A stretch of DNA of 48,054 nt. Source: a virus. Lineage: Duplodnaviria; Caudoviricetes. The notes below the pieces were generated by a model, which did no database searches, was not told the DNA's origin, and was given only the letters and a program-made list of their open reading frames with translations. Below, one piece after another: positions 1 to 8,287 of the stretch (positions within the stretch are counted from its first letter, which is position 1; each line of letters begins with the position of its first letter). The stretch lies in the IMG/VR virus record IMGVR_UViG_3300031953_000029, positions 1 to 48,054 of that record, one strand, 5' to 3'. Made by a program: the position numbers and the translations under genes.

Positions 1-127
1 CGCAGAACCGGAATACGCGTAGAATACTGCAAGCGGTGACAGCCCGGAGAGACGGGTCCACTAATTCGCCCGATGGGGCGTACGAGCAGCCACAAACCCA
101 CGGTTCGAGTCCGTGCTTTGGGTCAAG
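1..127. repeat. Terminal exact direct repeat (copy 1); circular-assembly overlap
   Basis: 1-127 is identical to 47928-48054; 127 is a common assembler k-mer length. Confidence 0.95.
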
Positions 128-260
128 GGAAGACCGGTGGCCCGCAACCTACGGTAAATTGGTGACATCCGGAGAGACGGAAATCAGCTAGCCCTACGAT
201 TCGCAGCGGTGCGTATGGAATGCCGCTCAGAAATGGGACCGGGTTCCTAACGGGCGGCAC
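1..260 (+). ncRNA. 3' part of putative large structured ncRNA (continues from ~47630 across the origin)
   Basis: No credible ORF; repeated GGTGACA(G)(T/C)CCGGAGAGACGG modules at 35-56 and 161-180; T-arm hairpin at 99-115; several GNRA-type loops. Confidence 0.6.
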
Positions 261-263
261 TAG

Positions 264-292
264 TTGACACCTTCCCACCTTGCGGCTAGTAT
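264..292 (+). promoter_or_regulatory. Sigma70-like promoter of the head operon (near-leaderless)
   Basis: TTGACA-N17-TAGTAT with ATG at 301 and no SD. Confidence 0.65.
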
Positions 293-300
293 GCCCGCCA

Positions 301-1407
301 ATGCTCCAATTTACTGATCGAGCCCCGCTTTCCCAGACCCGCCGCACGAGCGATGGTTATTTGACCACAGTCGCCCGCAGCGTTCGCACGGGCGTCCAAC
401 TGTACGCTGGGTCCGAGGTGGGTCGCCCTGACCTTGCAACGGTCAATGTGTACCGTCCGGCCAGTGAGGTCCATTCCAAGGACTCCCTCCAGTCATTCTC
501 CCATGCGCCCGTCACGATCAACCATCCGTCTGTCGCCGTCACGGCTGACAACTGGAAGGAATTGGCCGTAGGCGAGGTCTCGACCGCCGCTCAAGTGGAT
601 TCCGAGGGGTGGGTTTCGCTCCCACTGGTCCTCAAGGACAGTGCGGCCATTGCTGCCGTCGAGTCCGGCAAGCGCGAACTATCCGCGGGTTACACCTGTG
701 AACTTGTCTGGGGTGATGGCGTAGCGCCCGATGGCACTGCGTACCAAGCCACCCAGACAAACATCCGAATCAACCATCTAGCGGTGGTCGATGCTGCCCG
801 TGCGGGCCATGAGGCTCGTATCGGTGATAACTGGGGCGTGAGCCCTATTCCTCAACCTGAACAGGAGTCCCGCACTATGTCGGACCGTACTGTACTGGTG
901 GATGGGCTCCAGGTCGTTACCAACGACGCGGGCGCTCAGGCCATCGCTAAACTAATGGCGGATGCGGCAACCGCCCGCACTGCCCATGACGCCGCTATCG
1001 CTGCCAAGGACGCGGATATCGCAACTCTCGATGCTACCTTGGCCACTACCGAAGCCAAGCTCGACGCCGCTCTCGCCAACGTACTGGACGCCGCTGCTCT
1101 GGACGCCCGTGTTGCCGCTCGCGGTGATCTGGTCGCACGGGTCAAGGCTCTTGCTCCTGCCGTTGTGGCGGATGGCAAGTCCGATCTGGACGTGAAGCGT
1201 GCCGTACTGGTCGCCCGTAAGGTGGTCATTGACGGCAAGTCCGACGCGTACATTGAGGCCCGCTTTGACACCCTCGTTGAGGATCACGCCGGTGCTGACA
1301 AGACCGCCGCTGACCTAGCCGACAAGACTATCCCCGTGTCCGATGCGGACGCAGAGGCTAAGGCCCTTGCTACCGCCAACGACCATAACGCTTGGAGGGC
1401 TGCATAA
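301..1407 (+). CDS. Prohead protease/scaffold (DUF2213-like)
   Basis: RTGVQLY, PVTINHP, ELSAGY and INHLAVVDAARAG motifs; Ala-rich coiled-coil C-terminus; first gene of head operon. Confidence 0.85.
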   Translation: MLQFTDRAPLSQTRRTSDGYLTTVARSVRTGVQLYAGSEVGRPDLATVNVYRPASEVHSKDSLQSFSHAPVTINHPSVAVTADNWKELAVGEVSTAAQVDSEGWVSLPLVLKDSAAIAAVESGKRELSAGYTCELVWGDGVAPDGTAYQATQTNIRINHLAVVDAARAGHEARIGDNWGVSPIPQPEQESRTMSDRTVLVDGLQVVTNDAGAQAIAKLMADAATARTAHDAAIAAKDADIATLDATLATTEAKLDAALANVLDAAALDARVAARGDLVARVKALAPAVVADGKSDLDVKRAVLVARKVVIDGKSDAYIEARFDTLVEDHAGADKTAADLADKTIPVSDADAEAKALATANDHNAWRAA

Positions 1408-1883
1408 TGCCTATCTCCTACGCCGCAACGCTGCCCGACTATACGGTTGGCCAGCTTATCGACATGCGCGAGTGGAATGGTACTAGCCGTATCCTCGCCG
1501 CAGGTGCCAACCTCCCGTTCGGTGTCCCAGTAGTCACCACGACCGCCGCTGACCTCGAATGTGGTCCCCTGACCGCTGCTGCCCAGAACGTCATCGGTAT
1601 TTCCCGTATGAACCACGTGCTGTATCACGAGGGCGACTACTACGCTCCCGGCGATACTGTCTCGGTGATTGACGAGGGCCCGATTGCGGTCACTCTCGGC
1701 GCTGCTGTGACCAAGGGTTCGCAGGCTCGGTTCAACGTCACTGCCCAGAACTGGACCGGTGCCGCTGCTTCCGCAACTGTCCTCACTATCCCAGGAGCGC
1801 AGTTTGAATTTGCTGGTGCGAGCGGTGCCGTTGGCGTCGTGCGTTACAAGCGCCCCATTCCTAGCCTGAGCGCGAGTTCCTAA
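1407..1883 (+). CDS. Capsid decoration/cement protein
   Basis: 158 aa between scaffold and major capsid; LPFGVPV motif; GGAGG SD; TAATG coupling. Confidence 0.7.
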   Translation: MPISYAATLPDYTVGQLIDMREWNGTSRILAAGANLPFGVPVVTTTAADLECGPLTAAAQNVIGISRMNHVLYHEGDYYAPGDTVSVIDEGPIAVTLGAAVTKGSQARFNVTAQNWTGAAASATVLTIPGAQFEFAGASGAVGVVRYKRPIPSLSASS

Positions 1884-1884
1884 T

Positions 1885-2883
1885 ATGACCCAGCACCTTG
1901 TAAACGACGCCGCCGCAATTGCCTACGTTCAGCTTCAGGCTACCGGCATCAATACGCGCGTGTACGCCACGCGCTACCCCGAGTACGACTTTGCCCGACT
2001 GATCTATGTTGAGTCGGGTGGCAACCCTTGGGCTCCAGGTGTGATGACCTTCACGTCCACCGAGTCCGGTAAGGCACGTCTACTGACCGCCTACTCTAAG
2101 GACATGCCAAAGGCCGAAATCGGTCAGTCCAACGAAATACGCACCTTCAAGCTCGCGGGTATCGGCTATGATTACAACATCGAGGAAATCAATACCGCCC
2201 TTGCTGTTGTCGGCGGCACCCTGACGGACCGCAAGGCCGCAGCTGCCCGCCGTGCCTACGCCAAGTTCATGTTCAACACGGCCATTACGGGCATCCCGGA
2301 CCTTCCGGGCAGTGTTGGTCTGACGAACTACACGGGCGTTACCGCCACTGCGGCTCCGGCTGATGGTACGGGCGGTGTTCGTACTTGGGTTGACGCTGCT
2401 GGCGTGGGCACTAAGACCCCAGCCCAGATCGTCCGTGATATCAACATCGGTATCGTGGGTATTTTTGCTGACACCTACCAGACCGAGCTTGCCGATACGG
2501 TTATGCTGCCATTGGCAGCATACGCCTACATCGCGCAGACCCCGTTCTCGCTGACCACCCAGGAAACGATTCTCTCGTTCATCCAGCGTACGAACCTGTA
2601 TACGCTCCAGACTGGCCGCCCACTCAATTTCGTCTTCCCGCCACAGGGTGTTCTGGAAGCTGCGGGCACTGCGACCGGTGCGGAAGGTGCGGGCCGTATG
2701 GTCGTCTACAAGAACGATCCTGAGTACGTGCGTCTCCATCTGCCAATGCCTCACCAGTTCTTGCCAGTCTATCAGGACGGCTGGGGTCACTATGAAGTTC
2801 CGGGCATTTTCCGTACGGGGGGTGTGGAAATTCTCTCCACCCAAGCCGTGCGCTACGTGGACGGTATCACACCGGCCCCATAG
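1885..2883 (+). CDS. Major capsid protein (DUF2184-like)
   Basis: 332 aa; GYDYNIEEI, AARRA, RMVVY and GGVEI..AVRYVDGI motifs; followed by a terminator. Confidence 0.88.
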   Translation: MTQHLVNDAAAIAYVQLQATGINTRVYATRYPEYDFARLIYVESGGNPWAPGVMTFTSTESGKARLLTAYSKDMPKAEIGQSNEIRTFKLAGIGYDYNIEEINTALAVVGGTLTDRKAAAARRAYAKFMFNTAITGIPDLPGSVGLTNYTGVTATAAPADGTGGVRTWVDAAGVGTKTPAQIVRDINIGIVGIFADTYQTELADTVMLPLAAYAYIAQTPFSLTTQETILSFIQRTNLYTLQTGRPLNFVFPPQGVLEAAGTATGAEGAGRMVVYKNDPEYVRLHLPMPHQFLPVYQDGWGHYEVPGIFRTGGVEILSTQAVRYVDGITPAP

Positions 2884-2891
2884 GACTAAGG

Positions 2892-2916
2892 ATGGGGGCC
2901 TCACAGCCCCCATTTT
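2892..2916 (+). terminator. Rho-independent terminator after major capsid gene
   Basis: ATGGGGGC-ctcaca-GCCCCCAT followed by T-run. Confidence 0.8.
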
Positions 2917-2918
2917 CG

Positions 2919-3248
2919 TTATGAGTGAAGGCGGTATGCGATAATCTCAGCGGGGTCATTGCTGCCAGAATAGAACCAGTTGTTCCCGTCATCTGACGTG
3001 TCTTTCCAGTGCGCCACGGTTTCGCCTCGGATGTCGATACCCCCGTCACGGAATTTTACATCAACACGAGTATCAAGGGTCAATCCTTTAGGGAATTCGC
3101 CTCCCCACCAAGTGACCCACCCGTCCGGTTCCTCACCCAGCCCCAACCGATCCGCAGCGAGCCGCAAGACCAGAGCGGACCCAAGGGGAAGGGTGTTGGC
3201 AATCTCGCGCAGTGCGTCCGCAAGGTCAGTATTGGTTGGACGGGTCAT
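2919..3248 (-). CDS. Hypothetical protein with W..G..P/V.V.FRDG/I.AYR micro-domain (paralog 1)
   Basis: ATG at 3248 overlaps the upstream stop (ATGA) after GAGGAG SD; C-terminal domain resembles three other ORFs here. Confidence 0.7.
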   Translation of the reverse strand: MTRPTNTDLADALREIANTLPLGSALVLRLAADRLGLGEEPDGWVTWWGGEFPKGLTLDTRVDVKFRDGGIDIRGETVAHWKDTSDDGNNWFYSGSNDPAEIIAYRLHS

Positions 3249-3415
3249 TCGGTCCACTCCTCTATTAGGTCGCCGGGATTTTTCGTGCCGATAGCTGCGG
3301 AACCACTTGGCCACCACGAAAAATTACCGTACTTAAATCCATTTCCCTCTTTGGTCATAGGTCCCACCTTTCGACTGTCTCGCGTCTTATAGTACCCGCC
3401 TTCCTTGATCTGCAC
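3245..3415 (-). CDS. Small hypothetical protein (56 aa, not in ORF track)
   Basis: MQIKEGGYYKTRDSRKVGPM...GDLIEEWTE; AAGGAG SD; resembles the N-terminus of 39656..40051. Confidence 0.7.
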   Translation of the reverse strand: MQIKEGGYYKTRDSRKVGPMTKEGNGFKYGNFSWWPSGSAAIGTKNPGDLIEEWTE

Positions 3416-3432
3416 TGCACGTCTCCTTTGTG

Positions 3433-3648
3433 TTAGTTAAAAAAGTCCCGAGCAAATGATACGCCCAGAGCAATAAACAGGGCGAACATTCCTAAGATCA
3501 TGAATGCCATCAAACCCAACCCCGCCGCCATGAACCAATCACTAATAGCCCACGGAACGCGGCTGACCGTACCGGAACAAATGTTCGTAACGGCAATCTC
3601 ACCCCAATGGGACTGACGAATGAGGCACTCTGAGAAATTTACGTCCAC
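3433..3648 (-). CDS. Small membrane protein
   Basis: AAGGAG SD; C-terminal hydrophobic helix; directly downstream of a TTGACA promoter. Confidence 0.65.
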   Translation of the reverse strand: MDVNFSECLIRQSHWGEIAVTNICSGTVSRVPWAISDWFMAAGLGLMAFMILGMFALFIALGVSFARDFFN

Positions 3649-3682
3649 TGCACGTCTCCTTGTGTTGCGTGTGGTATACCTA

Positions 3683-3729
3683 TGACAGCCGGGTCAGAAC
3701 TTGTCAACACCTCTCCCCTCGGTTATTAT
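3683..3729. promoter_or_regulatory. Overlapping divergent promoters with TGAC-N6-GTCA operator
   Basis: Operator 3683-3696; leftward TTGACA (3707-3702); rightward TTGTCA-N17-TATTAT-N6-ATG(3736). Confidence 0.7.
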
Positions 3730-3735
3730 CGGGCC

Positions 3736-4008
3736 ATGACGAAAATTCGTAACCTGACCGGCTCTCCTTATGATCTAGCCCCCGGTGTCATTCTCCCGGC
3801 GTTTGGCGAGGTTGACGCGGACTTGCCGGATTACCTCGTGGAAATTCTGTCCGCAGTTCCCGGCGTGGAAGTTGTGACGCTGGTGCCCGACGAGGACCCC
3901 CTTGACCAGTGGCGCGCGCTCTATACGGAGACAACCGGCAAGAAGCCGCATCACCTGTGGAAAGAGGCTCGCCTGATCGAAGAGATTGAGAAGCATGGGG
4001 CCGAATGA
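3736..4008 (+). CDS. Small head-associated protein
   Basis: Post-capsid position; TGKKPHHLWK...IEEI C-terminal motif; leaderless start. Confidence 0.65.
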   Translation: MTKIRNLTGSPYDLAPGVILPAFGEVDADLPDYLVEILSAVPGVEVVTLVPDEDPLDQWRALYTETTGKKPHHLWKEARLIEEIEKHGAE

Positions 4009-4306
4009 CCCTCTAGGGGTAACATTCCTCCCAGTTGCCGGTATGGAAGCTGTGCCCGTTTACGAGGCTGAAGGTGGTACGCCGGTATTCATTACCGACG
4101 AGCCCTACCTAGCTTCAGATGGGCTGAGCCTCATGGCCCCGCTATACGTGGTGGACGCGGGCGGGCCGACGTGGATGGATATGGAGGGGCAGCTTATGTC
4201 CTCCATGCCAGTATCCGGCCTCACCCCACCCGAACCCGAAGAGAACGCCGTTACTGTTGACGGCATCCCCGTAACCCATAACGGAGAGACCGTTACCAAT
4301 GCCTGA
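3995..4306 (+). CDS. Hypothetical acidic virion-module protein
   Basis: Overlaps both neighbours in the + strand operon. Confidence 0.55.
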   Translation: MGPNDPLGVTFLPVAGMEAVPVYEAEGGTPVFITDEPYLASDGLSLMAPLYVVDAGGPTWMDMEGQLMSSMPVSGLTPPEPEENAVTVDGIPVTHNGETVTNA

Positions 4307-5450
4307 GTTGTCTACACTTGGGGGCGTCATCAAGCCCGCCTATGAGTCCCAGACCAACACGAACGCATTTACCGACGCGGAGAAAGCTAAACTCGCGGGA
4401 TTAGCCCCGGTGGCCGCATCGGGCGCGTATGCTGACCTAACCGGGCGTCCGACAATCCCCACGGGTGCGTATGGCGACCTGACTGGCAAGCCCTCGTTGG
4501 ACTTTGTGCCCCTGGCTCAGCGCGGAGCCGCCAACGGTGTTGCTCCCCTAGACGCTGCGGGCCTTGTACCCATGGTCCACCTCAACGTGAGTGGCCTATC
4601 GTTCAAGGGTGCATGGAACCCTACGACCAATACGCCAACCCTGATCGACGGGGCCGGTTCTGTCGGTGACTTCTATAAGGCCAGCACTAGCGGCACGTTC
4701 AATTTCGGCAACGGGTCCTATACGTTCAATCCGGGTGACTGGGCGATCTTTGCCGCTGGGGTGTGGCAGCGTATCGGTTCTAGCGAGCTAGTTGCGTCGG
4801 TCAATGGCAAGATTGGCGACGTGGTACTGACCGCTGCGGACGTGGGGGCGCTCCCTAGCACGTATACTGCTCCCGTTACCTCTGTGAATGGCGCGGACGG
4901 GGCGGTTACTCTTAACGCTGCGTCGGTAGGGGCGCGGCCCAGTGCGTCACCTGTGCCTTGGTCAGACATAAGCGGCAAACCCGTCCTACCAACGTTTCCC
5001 ACGGGGGCTGTTATTGGCCCAGCCGTACCAGCTTTTCTAATCAGACGCGCTTCCACAGGCAGCTTTCAAGCTGGTGCGCCGCGTCATATCGCGTGGGACA
5101 GTGTGGTATATGACCCATTCGGGGGGCACGCGGGGTCCGGGCGGTACACAGTGCCAGCATGGGCGGGTTTTGCCCGTGTCACCGTAGCCATAAAACTATT
5201 GCAGAGTGTTGATACCGGCACCTATGTTTACGCCTATGCCTACGTTAATGAGGTAGAAGTGGACCAGCACGGTTCTCCGGCCCTTAACGGTACGAGGCAG
5301 AGCGAACGACTCGTTACCAGCATTTTCCCCGTGGTTCCAGGAGACTCCATATCCTCCCGCCTATGGCACAGCTATAGTGCAAACCGTGGCCTAGAATTTG
5401 GACCTACGGGTTCGTTCATGCAGATTGAGCTATTCGAGGCCATGACATGA
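4299..5450 (+). CDS. Head/collar fibre-like protein
   Basis: Fibre repeats (FTDAEKAKLAGL, GAYADLTGRP x2, VxSVNG..G.V.L.AA.VGA x2) and a beta-rich C-terminal domain. Confidence 0.65.
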   Translation: MPELSTLGGVIKPAYESQTNTNAFTDAEKAKLAGLAPVAASGAYADLTGRPTIPTGAYGDLTGKPSLDFVPLAQRGAANGVAPLDAAGLVPMVHLNVSGLSFKGAWNPTTNTPTLIDGAGSVGDFYKASTSGTFNFGNGSYTFNPGDWAIFAAGVWQRIGSSELVASVNGKIGDVVLTAADVGALPSTYTAPVTSVNGADGAVTLNAASVGARPSASPVPWSDISGKPVLPTFPTGAVIGPAVPAFLIRRASTGSFQAGAPRHIAWDSVVYDPFGGHAGSGRYTVPAWAGFARVTVAIKLLQSVDTGTYVYAYAYVNEVEVDQHGSPALNGTRQSERLVTSIFPVVPGDSISSRLWHSYSANRGLEFGPTGSFMQIELFEAMT

Positions 5451-5896
5451 CACCCGCAGAATTTAAGGCCCGCAAACCTCAGTTCGCCGCCGTACCGGAC
5501 CCCACTGTCCAAATGTACCTGGACATGGCCGCACGGTACGTATTTGACCCCGAGAACGATGACGCCCTAGCTGCCCTCACGTGCCACTTCATGACGCTCG
5601 ATGGGCTCGGCACGGACGCAGCGTCCACTAGCTGGCGCACGGGTGCCGCGTCGTACCAATCGATCAAGTCCGGCCAGCTTACCCTTACGCGCTACCAGCG
5701 GGCCGCAGCAGAGGGGACTACATGGACCTCTTGGCTCGGTCAGACCCCATGTGGCCAGTTCTATGCCCTCCTGCTCCGTATGGAGCGTGGCGGGCCGCGT
5801 GTGGTCAGTGGGGGCGTCGGGCACTGTCGGACCCCCTACTCCAAGGATGGTCTTGGCTGGCCTATTGACGGCTGGTATCCGGGCGGATTACTGTAG
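5447..5896 (+). CDS. Head-tail adaptor (DUF4054-like)
   Basis: F....PQFAAV.D, L..H...L and T..GQ.Y..L motifs; neck position. Confidence 0.75.
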   Translation: MTPAEFKARKPQFAAVPDPTVQMYLDMAARYVFDPENDDALAALTCHFMTLDGLGTDAASTSWRTGAASYQSIKSGQLTLTRYQRAAAEGTTWTSWLGQTPCGQFYALLLRMERGGPRVVSGGVGHCRTPYSKDGLGWPIDGWYPGGLL

Positions 5897-5919
5897 ACAC
5901 GTGCGCAACCAGATCATGG

Positions 5920-5955
5920 GACGCCCCCGGCTAATAACCGGGGGCGTTTTTCTTT
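5920..5955 (+). terminator. Rho-independent terminator
   Basis: GACGCCCCCGG-ctaataa-CCGGGGGCGTT then TTTCTTT, between convergent genes. Confidence 0.8.
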
Positions 5956-6293
5956 GCAGTGAGTGAATACCCCAGGACCTCAAAGACCGCACTGAGCGTA
6001 TTGATCTGAGGGTTCGCTCCTGCCATCCACCTCCGCATCGCCCATACGTCCACACCCGCGCGCGAGCATAGGGCCTTGCGATCAATACGCTGCTCATTGG
6101 CGAGGGCACACATCTGATGGATTAACGGGTGGGCGTGCGGGACCGCAGCGTAGGCTACGAACCCCACTAGCCCCTGTCCCGCCTTGTCCCTACGGATATG
6201 CCCGTTGACCGTACTGCGCGACCGTCCCAGGCGTTCGGCTATCTGGGCTTGGGTTAGACCCTCTCGATGGAGGGCCATTACCCTAGCGCGCAT
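5931..6293 (-). CDS. Double helix-turn-helix DNA-binding protein
   Basis: LTQAQIAERLGRSRSTV plus XRE-like LCSRAGV....RRW..G.NP.I.TL..V; start uncertain. Confidence 0.7.
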   Translation of the reverse strand: MRARVMALHREGLTQAQIAERLGRSRSTVNGHIRRDKAGQGLVGFVAYAAVPHAHPLIHQMCALANEQRIDRKALCSRAGVDVWAMRRWMAGANPQINTLSAVFEVLGYSLTAKKNAPGY

Positions 6294-6531
6294 CACGGCA
6301 AGCCGACTCAGCCATGGCGCCAATAGCCACGGGCGGTACGCTAGAGTAGCTATAGATGATCGCGACCATACTGGTCCACAACTGGTCGCTCTCTACGATG
6401 TCGAGAACTGCCGTAATGGGCACCCGGCTATCACGGGCGCGGGCGATACTCTCGGCAAAATCACGGGCGTCAGTACATGGGTCGGGGGTGGCTAGGGAGA
6501 GGACAGCGACGGCTAGCGTGGAAAGGGACAT
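6283..6531 (-). CDS. Small putative exported protein
   Basis: AAGGAG SD; hydrophobic N-terminus MSLSTLAVAVLSLA; two Cys. Confidence 0.6.
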   Translation of the reverse strand: MSLSTLAVAVLSLATPDPCTDARDFAESIARARDSRVPITAVLDIVESDQLWTSMVAIIYSYSSVPPVAIGAMAESACRDAR

Positions 6532-6548
6532 TGTGGTAGGCTCCTTGA

Positions 6549-6902
6549 ATGGGATTACTTGATGGCGACATTGCCAGTTTGTTTGCAGATGTGTTCGGCA
6601 CGTTCTATCTGGACGGCGTACTGACCCAGAACCCCGTTTGGGTTCCCGACGGTCAGGGTGGGGGCACATATACCCCACCGGACCCAGTTGCGGTTAAAGT
6701 GCAAGAAGATCAGGTGGACGAAGCGACCCGTGTGGCCGGTGGCTATTCGCAAGACGACGTTCGGTTCCTGATCCTCCAGAAGCCCGGATTGGTCCTTACG
6801 GGCGATTCGGAGCTTACTGCCGGGGGTAGGACCTATTTGCTCCGTACTCCCCGGCAGGACCCGGCTAAGAGTTACTGGGAGGTTTGGGGCGTGCCTATTT
6901 AG
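6549..6902 (+). CDS. Head-closure (stopper) protein
   Basis: 117 aa, neck position, C-terminal DPA..W motif. Confidence 0.65.
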   Translation: MGLLDGDIASLFADVFGTFYLDGVLTQNPVWVPDGQGGGTYTPPDPVAVKVQEDQVDEATRVAGGYSQDDVRFLILQKPGLVLTGDSELTAGGRTYLLRTPRQDPAKSYWEVWGVPI

Positions 6903-7278
6903 GCAAGGACATCTGGACCACTAGGGAAACTACATCGCCCTCCCTCTTGTGGATCGAGTAATTTTCTCCGGGTACGCCTCTGCTAACTACGCGGTCAAAG
7001 GCTTCCCGAATAGCGCCATCCCCGAGGTACATCGCGATATTTTGACCATTGTGACGTACGTGATATTCTTCTGGCTGATTTTGGGCAGCGTCAATTAGTT
7101 CTCGTGCCCTTGACTTTGTTCCACCGAAAATAGCCGCAGACTCAGTTAGTGCCGTCATGCGAAAACGGGCCTCTTTAGGTACATCGATATAGTACCCGTA
7201 ATCATCATTTTTCACGGCTACCCTCACGTATCCGTCGGGGGCTTGTCCATTGCGTATTGCTTGAATTAGATCGATCAT
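6895..7278 (-). CDS. Hypothetical protein
   Basis: GGAG SD; coupled to upstream minus-strand ORF. Confidence 0.65.
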   Translation of the reverse strand: MIDLIQAIRNGQAPDGYVRVAVKNDDYGYYIDVPKEARFRMTALTESAAIFGGTKSRARELIDAAQNQPEEYHVRHNGQNIAMYLGDGAIREAFDRVVSRGVPGENYSIHKREGDVVSLVVQMSLPK

Positions 7279-7440
7279 TTATTTGCTCCAGATTACCTTG
7301 ATGAACACTGGGCCAAGAGGGAACAGCGTACAAAATAGGAGGTTCATTGGGTATGGTGCCACTGTAGCTATCATGAATACGACCAATATTGTCCATGCAA
7401 TAGCAAAACATGTGAACAGCCATCTTTCCGAGTCACTCAC
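7279..7440 (-). CDS. Small two-TM membrane protein (53 aa, not in ORF track)
   Basis: MSDSERWLFTCFAIAWTILVVFMIATVAPYPMNLLFCTLFPLGPVFIKVIWSK; AAAGGAG SD; follows promoter at 7499. Confidence 0.6.
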   Translation of the reverse strand: MSDSERWLFTCFAIAWTILVVFMIATVAPYPMNLLFCTLFPLGPVFIKVIWSK

Positions 7441-7470
7441 TTTACGATCTCCTTTGCTTCCAATACACTC

Positions 7471-7499
7471 ACCCTACGCCCACATGACCCCGAGGTCAA
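7471..7499 (-). promoter_or_regulatory. Leftward promoter with TGAC-N6-GTCA operator
   Basis: TTGACC-N17-TAGGGT; operator 7485-7498. Confidence 0.7.
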
Positions 7500-7500
7500 C

Positions 7501-7656
7501 ATGAAAATCACTGTCCTATACAATTATGATTGGCCCGTACCCAACTCACGGTCATGGATCGCCTTCAAGGCCGGTTGGTCCGGTCGGGTCACACGAGCCC
7601 AGGGGCGCGAGATGATCGCTGCGGGCGTGGCTAAGCTTGCGGGTCGAGACGGATAG
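7501..7656 (+). CDS. Small neck-module protein (51 aa, not in ORF track)
   Basis: MKITVLYNYDW...AFKAGWSGRV...MIAAGVAK; GAGGT SD. Confidence 0.55.
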   Translation: MKITVLYNYDWPVPNSRSWIAFKAGWSGRVTRAQGREMIAAGVAKLAGRDG

Positions 7657-7882
7657 CGTGGGCGATGCGGCTGGAGACGTTCGGACCATACTCCCTGTTC
7701 CCCCATTTCGTCATCCCCGTGTAAGACTCCGCGATCTTGGAACACCGTTCACGTTCGGCAATTACAAGACGCGCTGCAAACTCCTGAACCTTACGCATGG
7801 TAGGTTCCCGCTCGTTGGCTCGGGAATACGCCTCCACGCTCGCCCACACGTCCGCAGGGCACCAGTCGGGTCTATTGCTCAT
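7631..7882 (-). CDS. Hypothetical protein (RP..P.D.W...AERERC family)
   Basis: AAGGAG SD; paralogous to 8238..8525. Confidence 0.65.
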   Translation of the reverse strand: MSNRPDWCPADVWASVEAYSRANEREPTMRKVQEFAARLVIAERERCSKIAESYTGMTKWGNREYGPNVSSRIAHAIRLDPQA

Positions 7883-7909
7883 CGTCTCTACTCCTTGTAT
7901 TGTGGCGCT

Positions 7910-8287
7910 ATGGCCGACATTGACCTCACGCTAGAAACTCGCCAATCGATCATTGCGCACCTGACGCCCCGGATTACCGGCGCTGGGGTATACGGGGAGT
8001 TTACGCCCGCCAATGTCGCTTGGCCCTTTATCCGCTATTCGTCCAGCACGACCCCATACGAGGACTCGTGCCGTGACGGGTCGGTTATTCTGGTCGATCT
8101 GCACGTCTTTGCCAACGGCCCGTCCACGGACGCTGTGCTGTTACTGGCCAAGCAGGTCCTAGCGGCCATGTCTAGCTGGGCAGGTGGTGACGCAACGTGG
8201 ACTGGTAATATTGGTCCGTTGGCGGATAATGTTGAGGCTAGTAAGTGGCACGTGGTCGTGCAACTGCGCGTGGAAACTGTCCCATAA
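7910..8287 (+). CDS. Tail terminator/completion protein (DUF3168-like)
   Basis: WPFIRY, G......HVFA and WH.VV motifs; upstream of tail tube; TTGCTC-N17-TATTGT-N6-ATG. Confidence 0.75.
   Translation: MADIDLTLETRQSIIAHLTPRITGAGVYGEFTPANVAWPFIRYSSSTTPYEDSCRDGSVILVDLHVFANGPSTDAVLLLAKQVLAAMSSWAGGDATWTGNIGPLADNVEASKWHVVVQLRVETVP

Noticed and set aside
68-124. Canonical tRNA gene
   Set aside because: Only about 55 nt, with no anticodon arm and no conserved D-loop GG. Kept only as a tRNA-like element.
2080-2913. Long antisense ORFs (e.g. 2080..2913, 27532..28311, 32149..32934, 42401..43162)
   Set aside because: They are shadow frames of well-supported genes in GC-rich DNA, with no motifs or initiation signals.
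5931-6293. Lysogeny module (CI repressor/integrase)
   Set aside because: HTH proteins are present, but I recognised no integrase, partition genes or S24-peptidase repressor.
6563-6576. TGGC-N6-GCCA palindrome as a further operator
   Set aside because: Both half-sites deviate from TGAC/GTCA, it lies in coding sequence, and there is no clear adjacent promoter.
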